A stretch of DNA of 64,000 bases from Lytechinus pictus (GCF_037042905.1 NC_087252.1:21392001-21456000); one strand, 5' to 3'. Counted from the first letter of the stretch, positions 49,093-62,363 are shown. A program made the numbers and translations. Notes: generated by a model from the sequence alone, not told the origin.

Positions 49093-49419
49093 GGTTTTTA
49101 CTGTACCTTCAGTATATCAAAAGACAAATCATTTCACAACCGACGCCGACTCTAAACAGAAATTTAAAAAGTCATCACGAACCATGAAAATATTGAATTT
49201 ATGCATCTTATATTACATAACAAAGGGGCAGCTGCCCATTTATGACGTCACAAATCCAAAACTTAAAATTTTAATAACTTTAAGCTTTAATGGATTTTCC
49301 TCCTTGCTTCACCATTTTTTGGGGGTATTTTTGCAACTTATTTTCTTTAGGGTGAACTTCCCTTTAATAAACACTTTCACATCTACCTTAGATATCATTC
49401 TGCCATTCTAGTTTTTCTT

Positions 49420-49489
49420 TATCTATTTATTTTCTTTTTTATTTTCTTTTCTTTCTTTCGTCCTTTCTTTCTTCCATCCTTCTTTCTTT

Positions 49490-49561
<72 letters not shown>

Positions 49562-49607
49562 CCATCCTTTCTTTCTTTTTTTCTTTCTTTCTTTCTTTTC
49601 TTTCCAT

Positions 49608-49643
<36 letters not shown>

Positions 49644-49920
49644 TTCTTTCCATTCTTTTCTTTCTTTCTTTCTTTCTTTCCATTCTTTCCATTCTTTCCA
49701 TTCTTTCTTTTCTTTCTTTCTTTCTTTCTTTTCTTTATTTTCTTTCTTTCTTTCTTTCTTTCTTTCTTTTTTTCTTTCTTTCTTTCTTTCCATTCTTTCC
49801 ATTCTTTCTTTATTTCTCTTTCTTTCTTTCTTTTTCTCTCTCTCTCTCTTTCTAGTCCTTCCTTCCATCCTTCCATTTTTTCTTTCTTTCTTTCTCCCCC
49901 TCTCTTTCTATTTCTCTACT
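49420..49920. repeat. (CTTT)n microsatellite
   Basis: Tetranucleotide runs. Confidence 0.95.
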
Positions 49921-50111
49921 CCAGAGATTCCTACCATCTCTTGATGCGGTTGCCATGCCAACAAATACCTCCCACTGCAAGCCAATCACAGGTCACTCCT
50001 TAAAGAAAACATACACTGACTTTTCCCCGCCACCCCTTTAGTCGCTCATCTCTCAACTGTGCTAATGTCTGTTTTCTAATCAAACACCGCCTTGCTAAAT
50101 CGTGTCAATAG

Positions 50112-51120
50112 CAGGGACCAGTGAATCAAGATGGCTCTTCCCAATGTCCATCCACAAACAAGGACAATGTTTCCACTGGGGGAAACCGCTGTTATTCTTG
50201 CAAATTCTCTGTGTCTCGGCTACCAGCTCATCTTTAAAGAAGTGGTGGAGTTCTGGGAAACTGGTGGAATGAAAAAAGATATCAAAGAATGAAAAATGGG
50301 GCAATATAAATTTCACAACACATATCAATGGCAAAGTTTCCTTTTAGGTATGGAAAGCCGTACATCCTACCTGTAACATGAATGTAAACGATGCAGATAC
50401 AATAATAGGTCTATGGAAGGCCATCGATGTCCTTCCCTGTAACAAATGGAAATATCAAACATGTACCAATAATAGGTCTATGGAAAGCCATTTATGTTTT
50501 TACCTGTAACAAATGAAAAACATCAACCATGTACCAATAATAGTTCTATGGATAGCCATTAATATCCTTAACTGTAACGTATGAAAATATAAACCATGCT
50601 TCAAGAATAAGACTATGGAAAGCCATCAATGTCCTTACCTGTAACATATGACATGTAAACCATGCAGATATGAATAATACAGGGACCAGCGAATCAAGAT
50701 GGCTCTTCCCAATGTGACAACAAAATTTCCATCCACAAACAAACAAGGACAATGTTTCCACTTGGGAAATCCACTGTTATCCTTGCAAATTCTCTCTGTC
50801 TCGGCTACCAGCTTGTATTGAAAGAAATGGTGTAGTTCTGGGAAACTGGTGGAATGAAAAAAGATATCAAAGAATGAAAAATAGGGAATATCAGTTTTGC
50901 AATTCATCAGAATGTCGAAGATTCTAATTTCTATGTCGGGTATTGAAAGCCGTATGTCCTTCCTGTAACATATGACATATAAACCATACAGATACAGTAA
51001 TAGGTCTATGGAAGGCCATCAATGTCCTTTCCTGTAAAATATAAACCATGTATTAAGAATAAGTCTATGGAAAGCCATCAGTGTCCTTACATGTAACATA
51101 AGAAATGTTAACCATCAATA
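50112..51120. repeat. Local ~570-bp duplication containing ~60-bp tandem units
   Basis: 50112-50307 resembles 50680-50891; TAATAGGTCTATGGAAAGCCATC..CCTGTAAC units repeated ~8 times. Confidence 0.85.
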
Positions 51121-52123
51121 TATCAATGTATCTATAAAAAGTAATTTACTAAACAATCAAATTGAATGCAAGATTGATTGCATCTCTGTTTTTCAGGTAC
51201 TTGATTGATTCAAGATATATTGATTCTCATTGTGTAATGCAGAGTTAATGGATTAAAACAAAGCTTTTCCTGAGATATTTTGCATTCATTATTCTTTTAA
51301 AGTATTCTTTTAAAGTATGTTCCTTACATCTATTTCAAAAGTAAATTAATTAAATAAATTGAAATGGGGGCTTGCTGGTTTGAGGTCTTCGACTGTACCT
51401 ACAGAATTAATAAACTTATTTGCATAAGTTCAGCTGTTAGCTATGGCTTAGTGCAGCAGATAAAGCATTTTCTTCTGTAAGAAAAATATTTTTTGCAAAT
51501 CAATACATAATGATATAATTTTAGATGACGTTCATAATAAAATAAACTGAAAGAAATCATGGTATTATATGAGACATATAATTTAGAAAAAAAAAATCAA
51601 AGAATCAGAAAGGTAATTGAATTTAAAAACTGATCTGAATTTTGAATGTTGAGCTAACCATGCGTTGGGTTCTCTAATAACCAAATTACAATTGCCTATA
51701 AAAGTAATTACTATATACATCACTTTTCATGAAACCACACTCCTAAATCTGCCTGTAATACCATGCAACCATAATGTGCCCATTCCAAATTCATCACTGA
51801 ACAATGAAGTATTTGTTTCCGAACGCTGAAAGACTGTGACACCGTGGATATTATCGGGGATTTTCCGGTCTTAGCGGGGACTCTGGTATCCATTGCGACC
51901 GCTTCGTTGTGACGCAAGCCCCAAGGACGCTCGGGAAGTATTACAGCAATTGGATGTGGAATTGTTGTATTTAATTGATATGTTCATGGAAAAGGGATCC
52001 AGTGACAATTAAAATTCCAAGCTTTGGGAAATTTACATGGTTAACTGTTCCTTGCTTTTAACACTTTATGTCTATCTATTCTCTGTCTTTTTCTCTCAAT
52101 TGCTATCTTTCCCTTTCTATTAT

Positions 52124-52420
52124 GTGGAGCGTTGTGGCCCAGTGGATTAGTCTCCGGACTTTGAAACAGAGGGTCGTGGGTTCAAATCCCAGCCATGGCG
52201 TAGTTTCCTTCAGCAAGAAATTAATCCACATTGTGCTTCACTCAACCCTGGTGAGGTGAATGGGTACCTGGCAGGAATTTATTCCTTGAAATGCCGAGCG
52301 CGTAATAGCTGCTTGAGCTACAGCCAGGGTAATAATATTTAAAGTAATTTGAAAGCGCATAGAGACGTTGTTCATAATGTGTTATGCGCTATACAAGAAC
52401 TGACTTATATTATTATTATT
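52124..52420 (+). mobile_element. tRNA-derived SINE with L2-like tail
   Basis: A box TGGCCCAGTGG, B box GGTTCAAATCC, tail ATGCGCTATACAAGAAC..(TAT)n. Confidence 0.85.
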
Positions 52421-52499
52421 AATTTTCCTCTCTCTCCTCTCTCTTGCTCTCTCTATCTAGCCCTCAACATTTCACCATTCCCCTCATTCTCCCTATCAC

Positions 52500-54060
52500 T
52501 GGCAGTTTAATGATAACATGTTGTTGCGCTGGAGGGGGTGGGGTCGCATATCATCCCCTCCCCTAAAAATAACAAAACATGCATCTCATCATACATTGCC
52601 CCATTCCTTTATATATTGTGGCTCCCTCTCTCTTTCAGCAAAGGTAAGTCAACCGTTATTGTTATTAATCGATCTCTGTCAAATTTTGTGAGGGTGGGGG
52701 GGGGGGGACATTATGCATGCTTCTTGTCAGCCTGTTTCAATATCTACCTGTTCCTCTTCTCACCAGCTGATAAGAGCAAACTCTTGTTCATTATTGATCT
52801 GTAAGGTATTTCCTTTTTTGTGCATGTGTTTGGGTGGGGGGGGGGGGGGAAGGGGAGTCGAAGGGGTTCCTACAAAATTAGAATTTTGATTCCTGTCCTG
52901 TCAGCCTACCTTTTGTTTTTCCATTCCACCCTCTCTCTCTTCACCTGTCAAATTTTGCGAGGGTGGGGGGGGGGGGGGTGGGCATGCTTCATGTCAGCAT
53001 GTCTCAATATATCTACCTATTCTCTTCTCACCAGTTGATAACAAGAGACATTGTGTCAATTTTCGATCTTCAAGATATTTAATTTTTTTTGTGTGTGTAG
53101 AGGGGCGGGATTGAGGGGGTTCTTACACTTTTTTGTATTCCTTTTCTGTCAACCTGTCTTTTTTTCCATTTCTCTCTTCACATTCCCAACAGAAAGAAAG
53201 TTTGACATGTAGGGACTATGTTAACTATCTGCTCTATCAGACCTTTCCGGAGGGGGGGGGGTTCTTTCAAAACTAATTCCTTGTCAACCCACCTCTTTCT
53301 CCATTCCTCCCTCTCCTCAGCATACCAATAGCTAACAATTATGTAATTGACCTGATATCCCAGACACTTTTAAGGGGGAGGGGGGGGGGTGCTCATAAAT
53401 GTACAGTAGACATTCTATTCCCATTCCACTCTGGGCCCTCCCTCAGAAAAAAACCTAAGTAACATTAATGTTTTTGTTGTTCACTACTTGATCTCCCCAT
53501 GGATTTGTATTAGATCCATGATCTTCCAGATATTTTTCAGGGAGGGAGGGAAGGGAGGGGGGGGGGGGGTTCATGCAAAAGTAGATAAAAAAAATGTGTC
53601 AACCTGTCTTTTTTCATCCTTTCCACTTCAACTCAACCTCAGAAAAAAATCCTAAAATTAATGTGTAGTCTTGATATCCCAGATATTTTCAGGTGGGGGG
53701 GATACAAAAGTAGATTTTTGTCTGTCTGTCAACCTTTTTTTCGTCCCTTCCTCTTTACCTCACCCCCAGACTAAAAGCTAACATTCATGTTTCATTAATG
53801 TTCCCCAGACTGTCAAGACACCCCATTTCCCTTTCTCTTTTGGCGGAAGGGGGCAGGGCTCATTTAACAGGGGTGGGGGAGGTGATACAAAAGTAGATTT
53901 TTGTCTGTCAATTTGTCTTTTTTCATTCCTTTCTCTTTACCTCGCCCCCAGACTGAAAGCTAACATTCATGTTTCATTAATGTTCCCCAGACTATCCAGC
54001 CACCTCTTTTCCCTTTCTCTTTTGGTTTAAGGGGGGGGGGGGGGGTGGGGGCTGGGCTCA
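52500..54060 (+). repeat. Degenerate tandem repeat punctuated by poly-G tracts
   Basis: Recurrent CTGTCAACCTGTC, CCCAGA and G8-14 motifs; 53690-53860 resembles 53870-54060. Confidence 0.6.
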
Positions 54061-54469
54061 TGTAACGGGGGCAGATCGAGAGCGTGCCTATGCAAAATAA
54101 ACAACACCGGTATGATACACACTTGAAGCTACCGTAGATACCTCTGGTGTTTGGTGTGAAAACAGTCTCCATTTGGATGTAATTATCTATGGCGACATCC
54201 AGCGCAAATTTGTCTACAAATCGAGTTTGTGATGAAAAGATGCTGCCAAAAGTGAAATAGGGGATAGGAGATGGGTGAAGGTAGGAGGATGATGTGGAGG
54301 AGAGAGAGAGAGAGATAGAGATAAATTGACAGATATGCAGACAAAAAGAAGAGGAAGGAGGGTTAGAAGGAGGGGAACTAGATAAAAAGAAAAAGTAAGA
54401 TGGAAAGAGAAAGAGAGACAGACAAAATAGCCAGCAAAAGAATGGAAAGGGAGGGGAAGTAGAGGAGGA

Positions 54470-54900
54470 AAGATAGACAGGTAGGTAGGTAAATATACAG
54501 ACGGGTAGATAGATGGGTAGATAGATGGGTAGATAGATGGATGGGTAGATAGATACAGGTGTAGATGGATGGATAGATAGATGGATGGATAGATAGATAG
54601 ATGGATAGATAGATAGATAGATAGATGGTAGGTAGATCTAGATTGATGGATGGATAGATAGATAGGTAGATGGATAGATAGGTAGATAGGTAGATGAATA
54701 GATAGATAGATGGGTAGATAGATTGATAGATAGTTAGATAGGTAGATAGGTAGATAGATGATACAAAGAGGATGGATGGATGGATAGATAGATGGATGGA
54801 TGGATAGATAGATACATGTAGATAGATGGTAGGTAGATAGGTAGATTGATGGATGAAAGAAGAGAGATAGAGGAAGGAAGTAGAGGTAGGCAGAGATGGA
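54470..54900. repeat. (GATA/GATG/GGTA)n microsatellite
   Basis: Tetranucleotide runs; a similar tract lies at 57640-57800. Confidence 0.9.
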
Positions 54901-55086
54901 TTAATAGATGGACTGAGAGGGTGGGAGAGATAAATGCAGAGATAGAATCAGGAGAGAAGGCTAGTTGAAGGAAGAGATAGAAAGAGAGAAAAGAAGATTG
55001 AAAAAGAGAAAGAAATAATCGAGTGTTGAATTCAGAGAGCAAGTTCAACCAGTGATGTGCATTATCCATAGAATACAATGGTTTAG

Positions 55087-55124
<38 letters not shown>

Positions 55125-55378
55125 CAATATTAACAGAAAGAAAGATGTGAGAATTAGATCAGATCAGTGATCTGTACTATACTATTCATAATATGGAAAA
55201 AATTGTGGGGAAGAGAGAGGGATAGGGGAAAAAATGGAAAGAAAAAATTCAGGAAGAAGGATCGATCAGTGATCTTGAACATCCTTAAAATTGAAAAGGT
55301 TTTGGGGAAGAGAGAAAAATCAACAGACAGAAAGAAATGAAAGCTGAATTCAGATAGTAAGATCGATCAGTGGTCTAT

Positions 55379-55854
55379 AGGTGGTTTCAGACCGCCTCGC
55401 AGTTCGTCAGTTCCAGGTATTCTCTGATCGGGAAATTTACCCCGATCAGAAAATACCAGGTATTTTGGTAATGTGAAAGCAAACTATGCGTAATTTCCCC
55501 GAAAGAAAATACCCGCTAAATAGTAGGTACTTTGCAAAATTACGAGAACTTTCGCGAGGATTTTTCCAAGGTCGCAGGTATTTTGGCAATTTGAAAGCAA
55601 TTTACGGGAACTTTTGGCCCAGCGTGTCGTTGGGCGCGGGCACCGTGGGTGGCTGCTGGGCTAGTGATTTTGAATCTCGCGCCTTGCCTTCTTATACAGA
55701 CCATACTGCGCATGCTCGTAACTTCAGGAACTTATCCCGAAGGGTATGTTTTGGGGCGGTGTGAATGCAGGAATAATTAATGGGTATTTGTTAGCCTTAA
55801 AAAGTTCTCGTAATTTAACGGGATTCTTATGATCGAGGCGGTTTGAAACCACCT
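55379..55854. mobile_element. Harbinger-like MITE
   Basis: TIR AGGTGGTTTCA(G/A)ACCGCCTCG; 3-bp TSD TAT at 55376-78 and 55855-57. Confidence 0.85.
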
Positions 55855-56192
55855 TATAAAAAGGATCCATAAAATGTACAGGTTGGGGGAACCAACGATC
55901 ACTCCATGATCTTGGAAAAACAAAACCTCAGTAAATTGAATACTTCATCAGATTGTCCGTTGCGGTAAACCAAACGTTGTCAACCCTCTCTTGGTCATGT
56001 GATTGATCATTGGTGAATGGAATGGCTTGAACAGTCCGAGTTTGTTTACAAATGAAGGATAACAATATTTTTTAAGGGTGCAGAAATTGTTATAACTATA
56101 GATTATATTCCCTTGCACTTTGGCTGTAAATACAAACAATATACACATGCATCATTATTCTAAAGTTGTGTACATTGATGAATATTTATCTA

Positions 56193-57433
56193 TTTTTGTC
56201 TCGAGACTATAGGCGCCGCTTTTCCGACGGCGGCGGCGGCGGCGTCAACATCAAATCTTAACCGAAGGTTAAGTTTTTGAAATGACATCATAACTTAAAA
56301 AGTATATGGACCTAGTTCATGAAACTTGGGCATAAGGTTAATCAAGTATTAGTAAACATCCTGCTTGAGTTTCAGGTCACATGACCAAGGTCAAAGGTCA
56401 TTTAGGGTCAATGAACTTTGGTCAAGTTGGGGGTATTTGTTGAATTACTATCATAACTGAAAATTTATGGATCTAGTTCATGAAACTTGGACATAAGGTT
56501 AATCAAGTATTAGTGAACATCCTGCCTGAGTTTCAGGTCACATGGCCAAGGTCAAAGGTAATTTAGGGTCAATGAACTTTGGCCAAGTTGGGGGTATTTG
56601 TTGAATTACCTTCATAACTTTGAAAATGTATGGATCTAGTTCATGAAACTTGGACATTAGGTTAATCAAGTACCACTGGATATCCTGTGCAAGTTTCAGG
56701 TCACATGACCATGGTCAATGGTCATTTAAGGTCAATGAACTTTAGCCGTGTTGGGAGTCTTTGTTAAATTACCATCCTAACTCTGAAGGTTTATGGATCT
56801 AGTTCATAAAACTTGGACATAAGAGTAATCGAGTACCACTGAATATCCTGTGCAAGTTTCAGGTCACATGACCATGGTCAATGGTCATTTAAGGTCAATG
56901 AACTTTAGCCGTGTTGGGAGTCTTTGTTAAATTACCATCCTAACTCTGAAGGTTTATGGATCTAGTTCATAAAACTTGGACATAAGAGTAATCGAGTATC
57001 ACTGAACATCTTGTACGAGTTTCAGGTCACATGACCATGGTCAAAGGTCATTTAAGGTCAATGAACTTTGGCCGTGTTGGGGGTATTTGTTGAATTACCA
57101 TCCTAACTCTGAAGTTTATGGATCTATTTCATAAAACTTGGGATATAAGAGTAATCAAGTATCACTAAACATCCCCTGTCAGTTTCAGGTCACAAAACCA
57201 AGGTCAAAGGTCAGTTAAGGTCAATAAACTTAGGCCATGTTGGGGTAATTGTTGAATTGCCATCATAATTTGAAAGTTTATGGATAGAGTGAATGAAATG
57301 TGGACATGGGTGTATTTGACCATATGAATGGTGTTTTTGTGAATGATTATTTTATAGTAGTTTTCAAAGTTAGCACTGCTGCTATATTAAATTGCGTAAT
57401 GCAGGCGAGACTGCCAGAGGCGTTCCACTTGTT
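56193..57433 (+). mobile_element. DINE-1/Helentron-associated (HINE-like) element with six ~163-bp units
   Basis: TTTTTGTCTC start, (GGC)n, TCAGGTCAC at 56372/56533/56696/56859/57022/57185, 3' GGCGAGAC..CTTGTT. Confidence 0.8.
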
Positions 57434-58681
57434 ATTATTTTTATTTATTCATTTTAATGAAATTTGCTTAATGCTCTTGTATATCATGGGCTTCCATTGA
57501 AAAAGAAGAGTAATAGGAGACAGTTACTTAATGATTTTTATGTGATTTCTTTTTCTACAATATGCAACAATAAAAATCTTGTTCCAGAATTTTATTTCAA
57601 GATAAGCTTACAAATGAGCATAGAAAGATGCTGCTATAAACAGATATATAGGTAGATAGAGAGATATATAGATAAATAGAAATATACATAGATAGATAGA
57701 TAGAGAGAGATAGGTAGAGAGATAGATAGAGATAGATAGGTAGATAGATAGAGAGATAGAAAGAAATAAAGAAAGAAAGATAGATAGATAGATAGAGAGA
57801 GATGGGGGGGGGGGTAAAAAGAATGCAAGATAGAGAAGAGAAATAAGAAAAGGATAAGAGGGCATTATAGAAGACTGGTGAAGAAGAAAAAGACAGAGGA
57901 GAGAGAGAGAGACAGACAGACAGAGAGGAGAGAAAGAATAAGGTTGCACATGAGAGACATAATTATTCAAGAGAAAAAGAATATGATCAGCTAATAAAGA
58001 CATTATCATTGGCTTCCAAAGTCATTGAGCTCTCTTGGAAAAAAAAAGGTTTGCGTATCTTACGGGTCGTTATAAACTATTCAGCAGTCCACGGTGCGAA
58101 GAGGGGGTGTTATTTTACGCCCATAAATACTAAATGTGCCACAACTTCCCGAAAGGGGTCAATTTATCCCTGCTAATTGGCGCATGGGGACACCGCGCCG
58201 GAGCAGCGTAATCTCGCTGTTAATTGTGCTAAGGTATACCGTCTCTGTTTCATTCACAATATCAAGTTCGTTGCACCCGAAGCGAAAGAACAAATACGCT
58301 TGATGAATCTCGGAGAGCAATGTCATTGATCCTCCTAACAAACATACTTTATTGGCGAGTTCTGAGCGGGAAAAAAAAGCATTGTGGATAGTTTGAGGAG
58401 TATATCTGGAATAGTTAGAGAGATGAACATGGTATGGTGAAGGAAATGCACATGAAACAATCCCCTGTAAATGTTCTTTTAGTTGATTTTGGTATTTAAA
58501 ATCACTCTGTCCTCAAAACGAACATCTATTATTAACTTGAGCTCCAAACAGGCAAACGCAAAAGATGAGAGTTCTAGGAGTTATACAGAATGGTTAAGAA
58601 AATGTTTTTTTAATCAAACCTGTGTAAAATATTCTTCTTTTCAATTTCGATGTATGAGTTATTAAAGCACTTTACCTTTAA

Positions 58682-59056
58682 AGGACAAGTCCACCCCAAC
58701 AAAAAGTTGATTTGAATAAAAAGAGAAAAATCCAACAAGCATAACACTAAAAATTTCATCAAAATCGGATGTAAAATGAGAAAGTTAAGACATTTTAAAG
58801 TGTTCAAGCAGTTATATCTGTATTGCTTCTACATGGGTTGCTAGTAGGTAAAACTTTAAAATATTGAGTGAGTGGTGGTCATCATCGACTAACTCACCTA
58901 ATTGTGCATATCACTGTTTTGTGAAAAGTAAGCGAAACTTTAAAGTGTCATAACTTTCTTATTTTACACCCGATTTCGATGAAATTTTCAGCATTATGCT
59001 AGTTTAATTTTTCTCTATTTATTCAAGTCAGCATTTTCCTGGGGTGGACTTGACCT
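58682..59056. mobile_element. TTAA-flanked MITE, internally shortened copy of 36068
   Basis: Same TIRs and TTAA flanks. Confidence 0.9.
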
Positions 59057-59304
59057 TTAAATAAACATCTTTTTTGTGATGGTGTAATCAGATGAGTGCA
59101 TTCTAGATGTTGAGATAATTTTAGGTGTTATCAGGAATCGTTTAAGATATTTTGGAAACAACCGTCTGTAATTTTTTTTCCTTATGAGAATCTCTGTTTC
59201 GCCCTCTCTGTCAGTTTCTTTCTCAGTCTTTCCTTTCTCTTCTTTTTTTATAATTTTTTTCAATCCACCCCCTAACTAAATCCCACCCCTTTCTTTATTC
59301 ATAA

Positions 59305-59610
59305 GAACCATCAGCCTAAATAGCCCCACCTCAAGTCTTGAACTACTCATATCTGGCCAGGTTTATTACCCATAATTCAACATTCTCAGCAGTGTAGTCT
59401 TGTTAATATAGGCCCATTGAATGATAACACACTAATTCACTGCTAAATGCATTCATATTGCTATAATTATGCTACCAAGTAGCAAAACATGTTCCTAACC
59501 ACTAAAAAATATTTCAGTTTCTTTACACAAGTAAAATTATTGGGTAATTTATCCTGGGTATTACGAAAAGTTATCTCAAAAGGTCTACGTTAACATGAGC
59601 CATTTATAAC
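59305..59610 (-). repeat. Old interspersed repeat family, copy 4
   Basis: CCTCAAGTCTTGAACTACTCATATCTGGCCAG core. Confidence 0.7.
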
Positions 59611-60765
59611 GCACAATCGGTAGGAGATAACATACAGAGTTTGCCAGTTCGTTTCCCCTGTAAAATCTCTCCTACGATGTGGGTTGTATCCCATGAACTC
59701 CAAATCTCAAACGATTCAAACGGGGGTTAAAAGGAAGTGAAAATGCTACTGGCTGTTTCCGAAACTTTCAACAATATTTATCAAAGATTATGACAGCTTT
59801 AGGTGGCTGTCTAGCTCATTTACATGTATATTACCAGATGATTATTGCCTTTGGAGAAGGGGGGGGGGGGGTGGGGTGGGGTTGTATGTGGCACTGCATG
59901 CCATCAAAATGTTTGCATGGTCACACCAGTCCAGGCAAGAAGATTTTAATTTTAGTTGTTCGTGGCTCAAAATACCTGTGAATTTTAGATTACTAGTCTG
60001 GGCTCAAAATATTAGGATAAATAATTTATGCTCCATATCAAGATACTTCATGTCAGGGATCACAGAGCAATTTTGAAGAGGGGAGGGGGGGGGGGGGCTG
60101 AACATAATAAAATCATAAGTTTGTGGTTTCACGTTTTTATACATGGTTGCTGGTAAAATTAGGGGTGAGGGGGGGGGGGGTAGAGCAACTCTCACCCCCA
60201 TGATTATTTGACCCCTACCCATGACTTTCAATAATTTGTTTGCAGCTGAAAAAACCCCAAATGATTAATTTCAAGCATTCAAACTCCTTGAACTAAGTTC
60301 TTTTAGCAGTGATTCTGCAGCAAGACGCACATTCTTAAAGCAGAGGATCGATCTTTCCATGTGCGTCAAAAGTTTTATTTGCTTTCACACTTTGAAGAGT
60401 TTTTGTGAAGTTTGTACAAATTTGCTTGTACCTTCTTTGGATGCTTTCACACTGGCAATCTGATTGTTTTTTTCTTCAAATTTGGGTAGGTGTGAATGCA
60501 GTAACCAGTGTTTTCATGGCCTTGGAGGAAGAGTATTTTGTTTGTCCATTAGTAGTTTGTGAATCTACCCCTAGGGCCATCTACTGTGGATTCACCGTTA
60601 AAACCTAACATCATGTACCTCATATCGGCCAGCTTATTGTGCTCAAGTTTGTTAACACATACCCTCGGGGGATTGATGTAGATCCGGTATTTTTCTGCTT
60701 ATTCTGCTTATTGTCTGGGCGTTTGTGAGTATATCCCAAAGCGGTGCGCTGCTTATGTACCTATT

Positions 60766-61437
60766 GGGTCGGATGCATACAAAGTAGCAACTGCTGCAAG
60801 CATATAGCAATTGCTAGTAAAGCAAATGATAATGCCTTAGCAATTGCTTTATTCCATATGCATAACCCTTTGCTTGTGCTTAAACCCTTTTCTTACCTTC
60901 AGAAAGCAATTGCAAGCGGTTTGAACGCTGGTACTAACTCGATTCACAGAACAAAGGCTTGACTCGAATGCAGATGTGTGGCAGTGCAAGATATCACTTC
61001 TCTCATGTAAGACCTTTTTCTTGGACGTGGTGTCAAACCATTCCTTTAATTTGTTTCTTATCAAGAAATTCATATAGTTTGCATTCGGTTTGCTCTTACT
61101 ATGAAGAAAACATGTTCATTTAGGCTACAGTACACCATGGAGTTCTCTCTCAGATGCATAAACGTGATTATAAAATGCAAACGCCCTGATCAAGCAAACG
61201 TTCAAGCTGCTCTGACGGAACTTGAAAAAAAACGCAAGCAAATGCTTAAATGCAAAAGCTTAATGTCCGCTTTTTGCATACAATTTTTAGCAATAGCTGA
61301 ATTGTCAAGTAAATGCTACCAGGCAGTAAGCAATTGCTTGATCTCACTAGCAAAAACATTTGCTCACTCATTTTAATGCATAGGGAATCAAGCAAAAGCC
61401 TAGCAAAAGCAATTGCTACTTTTTATGCATCTGACCC
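60766..61437. mobile_element. Harbinger-like MITE (672 bp)
   Basis: TIR GGGTC(G/A)GATGCATA(C/A)AAAGTAGCAA; ATT TSD; repeated AGCAATTGC motifs. Confidence 0.88.
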
Positions 61438-61677
61438 ATTGCATCATTTGCTTTAGTGTCTTCCAGTCTCTAAAAATTACCCTGAGGCACGTGTGGTTTG
61501 GCTTCGGTCTTTAGATCTAACTTTATATCATCTGGTTTTTGGTCATCTTCCGAAGATAGCAAAGTGTACTCCAATATACAGGTTGGAAATGATATTGTTG
61601 AAGTGTATACTATGAAATGAGCATTTACTTCAAAAAGTGGAAATTGTCAATAAGAAGAAATGGTATCCCCTCTCCAT

Positions 61678-62363
61678 AGACTGGAGTGTTAGAGTACCCC
61701 AATGGACAGATCACACTGTCACACAGTATGGTTGCAGTGTGTTCATAGTGTGTTCTCATTGTGTTCATATTGTATTTACAGTGTGATCATGGTGTCTTAA
61801 TTTTGTGCTCATGAAGTGAGCTCTATCAATGTGATATTCGCAGTGTTGTATTTTAGAATTTAACAGCGGGAAGTTGATCACGTTGTGCTCCACACTGTGA
61901 ACACACTGCTAAAGCACTGCAAACGCACTGTGGACACACTGTGAATACATTACTAACACTGTGAACACACTGCTAACACACTATGACCACACTGCTAACA
62001 CACTGCTAACACACTGTTAATACACTGTGAACACACTGCTAACACTGTTAATACACTGTGAACACACTGCTAACACACTATGAACACACTGCTAACACAC
62101 TGAAGACACTACTAACACACTGTGAACACACTGCAAATACACTGAACACACTACTAACACACTGTGAACACACTACTAACACACTGATCACACTGCTAAC
62201 ACACTGTGAACACACTGCTAACACACTGTGAACACACTGCTAACGCACTGTGAACACACTGCTAACACACTGTTAATAAACTGTGAACACACTGCTAACA
62301 CACTTCAAATTCACTGCAAACGCACTGTGAAAACACTTTGGGACACTGTGTTCATTCCAGCCC
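61678..62363. repeat. 11-bp minisatellite (AACACACTGTG/AACACACTGCT)n with inverted copies on its left; probable fold-back element
   Basis: Array at 61890-62350; CAGTGTGTT-like units at 61735-61800; CTGGAGTG..CATTCCAG ends. Confidence 0.75.

Noticed and set aside
49130..49367. Complete Kolobok-like element ending GGGTGAACTTCCCCTTTAA
   Set aside because: Only one terminus is visible and the left side is lost at the SINE; at most a fragment.
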